Part shown: positions 62,265-64,000 of the stretch, in pieces
How the letters are laid out: the number at the start of each line of letters is the position of its first letter
How positions within the stretch are numbered: the first letter of the stretch is position 1
DNA from: Eledone cirrhosa
Taxonomy: Eukaryota
DNA: 64,000 nt
Reading direction: 5' to 3'
Assembly (NCBI GenBank): GCA_964016885.1
Contig: OZ024744.1
Coordinates: 123,628,001-123,692,000, forward strand
Position numbers and translations under genes: made by a program
The notes under the pieces: generated by a model
What the model saw: the letters and a program-made list of their open reading frames with translations, nothing else
What the model was told of the DNA's origin: nothing
The model's database searches: none

Positions 62265-64000
62265 AGTTTCTTTTATTTGCCACTAGGGCATCAAAAGTGG
62301 GACAAGTACAAAGGGGGGAGTTTACACAAAAAGGCGTCCTCAATAAGGAGGAGGCAATAACAAAATATAAAAATAAAATAAGATATAACAAAAAATAAAA
62401 TTTTTAACAAAATCCTCAATAGAGAGGAGGCGCCTTGGGGGGTCGCACACACCCCCGAAAAAAGTGTGCAACCCTTTTCCTCAGGAGCACAGAGAGGGGG
62501 TGCTCCCTCGTTCCTTCCTCTTCTCCACCTACAGGCTTATGTAAAGAGAAGGCCCATTCACACGGGCCATTCTCGCCACTTTCACCCACCTTTCATAAAA
62601 ACGACTGGGGTGCAGCACCTCTCTCTCCATCCTGATCCTTCTTCCGAAATGATATCGGAAGAAACGGACCAGTTGTTGGCCAGAGAGAAAGGTGCCTGAC
62701 CTCAGTCCTTTCAGACGCGTCCACCATACAACCTCTTTCGCCATGGCTATTACGCACAGAAACACCGCCTCTGCTTCATCTTTGAAGGGGGGAGGCGGCT
62801 TGATCATTACAATAGACTCGGTGGTCAACCGGATCGGTCCCACCCTTGACAGCAGTTGTTCGACATAGCCCCACAGATCGGCTACGCCCGAGCAGTGTAC
62901 CAATGCGTGTGCAACGGTTTCCTCGTCGCACACGCATCTGGGACAGATCTTTTTGGCGGGGTCCCTACCCGGGCGCCCGTGTCTGTAGAGCCTTTCTCGA
63001 ACGGGTAAAGCCCCTCGGTAGCACTGCCAGGCCAGGGACTTCTGGAAGTTGTCCATAGGTCCCGGGCTGAATGTCCTACCGAACAGGCTGGCCAGTTCGT
63101 CCTCCTCCATGTCTAGGGCTTCTCCGAGGTCGTCGTCGCACCTGCTGCGTACCAGCCCTCTATAGAATGTTGCGGTGGAGTCTCCACTGATAACCGGATC
63201 CGCCTGCCAGAGGGCGGTGAGCGCCTGGGCACACTCAGTGTGCCAGGCGCCCAGTTTTCTCGGTCTTTGCTTGACCCAGGATTGCAGCTCGGTGAGTGAG
63301 ACGAGTCTGGGAAAGGTTCGTCTCACAAACGAGGCCCACACCGGTTGTCCGGTGAGGAATACGTAGAGGTGCCGTAGCCTTAATGCGTGTTTACGCATCA
63401 TTAGCCACGGCATCCCCAGCCCTCCTTTCGAAGGGTGTTGACAGCAGATGGATCTCCTCACCATAGGAGCCCGCCTCTTCCAAAGGAATTGGAAGAGCGC
63501 GCGCTCCATCTTGGTGAGGGTTTCCCTTGGGCAGGGCACTACGGTCAGGCGGTAGTAGATGACGGACGCTATATAAGTGTTCGCCACCTCCGCCCGACCT
63601 TTCAGGGATAGTTTGCAACTGGCCCACTTCTGGGTCAGTGCAAACACCCTGTTCGTAACCTCCGCCCAGTTTTTCTCCACCTGGAGGTCCGGTCCGAACC
63701 AGACCCCGAGCAACTTCACCGGGCCCTCCGTCCAGCGTCCGACGACGCCATCAGAGGGCATCGGTCTGCCCCTCCACGTGCCGAGTTGCAAACCGATCGA
63801 CTTGTCCCGGTTCAGCTTAGCCCCTGTGAACTTTTCGTACTCCTCCAGTAAGGTGCCGACCGCCTCGATTTCGGAGGCCGTCGACACCATTACTGTCACA
63901 TCATCGGCGTAGGCCGACACCGCTTTCCGCAATCCCGGTTCCAAAGGGATGCCCTGCAACAACTCCAACTTCCGCAGTAGTGGCTCGAGAGTCAACACAT
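62265..64000 (-). mobile_element. L1/Tx1-clade LINE, 3' part; continues beyond the window
   Basis: ORF2 C-terminus plus ~260-bp 3' UTR with AATAAA ~10 nt before the end, which abuts (TA)n. Confidence 0.9.
62529..63998 (-). CDS. L1/Tx1 ORF2 C-terminal half (RT core plus CCHC zinc finger), partial
   Basis: AYADDVT, GAKLNRDKS, KLLGVWF, LSLKGR, KGGLG, CPRC..EETVAHALVHC; open for 489 aa to the window edge. Confidence 0.92.
   Translation of the reverse strand: MLTLEPLLRKLELLQGIPLEPGLRKAVSAYADDVTVMVSTASEIEAVGTLLEEYEKFTGAKLNRDKSIGLQLGTWRGRPMPSDGVVGRWTEGPVKLLGVWFGPDLQVEKNWAEVTNRVFALTQKWASCKLSLKGRAEVANTYIASVIYYRLTVVPCPRETLTKMERALFQFLWKRRAPMVRRSICCQHPSKGGLGMPWLMMRKHALRLRHLYVFLTGQPVWASFVRRTFPRLVSLTELQSWVKQRPRKLGAWHTECAQALTALWQADPVISGDSTATFYRGLVRSRCDDDLGEALDMEEDELASLFGRTFSPGPMDNFQKSLAWQCYRGALPVRERLYRHGRPGRDPAKKICPRCVCDEETVAHALVHCSGVADLWGYVEQLLSRVGPIRLTTESIVMIKPPPPFKDEAEAVFLCVIAMAKEVVWWTRLKGLRSGTFLSGQQLVRFFRYHFGRRIRMEREVLHPSRFYERWVKVARMARVNGPSLYISL

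Overview
Eukaryotic, AT-rich, repeat-saturated DNA, probably cephalopod (Octopus-like, inferred from the tRNA-derived SINE and the PHD-finger RTE LINE). The only host-gene sequence I can support is two small + strand exons (35138-35232, 37705-37744). They splice in frame to a HEAT-repeat segment of PIK3R4/Vps15, so most of the window is probably intron. Bases 1-34.8 kb are a satellite of ~400 monomers (80-90 bp) with kb-scale higher-order repeats; the monomer is an antisense 30-codon fragment of an RTE LINE ORF. The rest is a nest of elements: two RTE LINEs, SINEs, an R4/Dong-like RLE fragment, a mariner remnant, a Naiad-type Penelope-like element interrupted by a Helitron and a piggyBac, and an L1/Tx1 LINE. 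Several fold-back elements sit inside (TA)n tracts. The most notable signal is an array of eight near-identical 492-496 bp non-coding units (55960-60037), each with a canonical minimal type I hammerhead ribozyme, i.e. a candidate retrozyme that could yield circular RNA. An inverted ninth copy and several other hammerhead-like motifs lie in neighbouring fold-back elements. All alignments and folds were done by eye.
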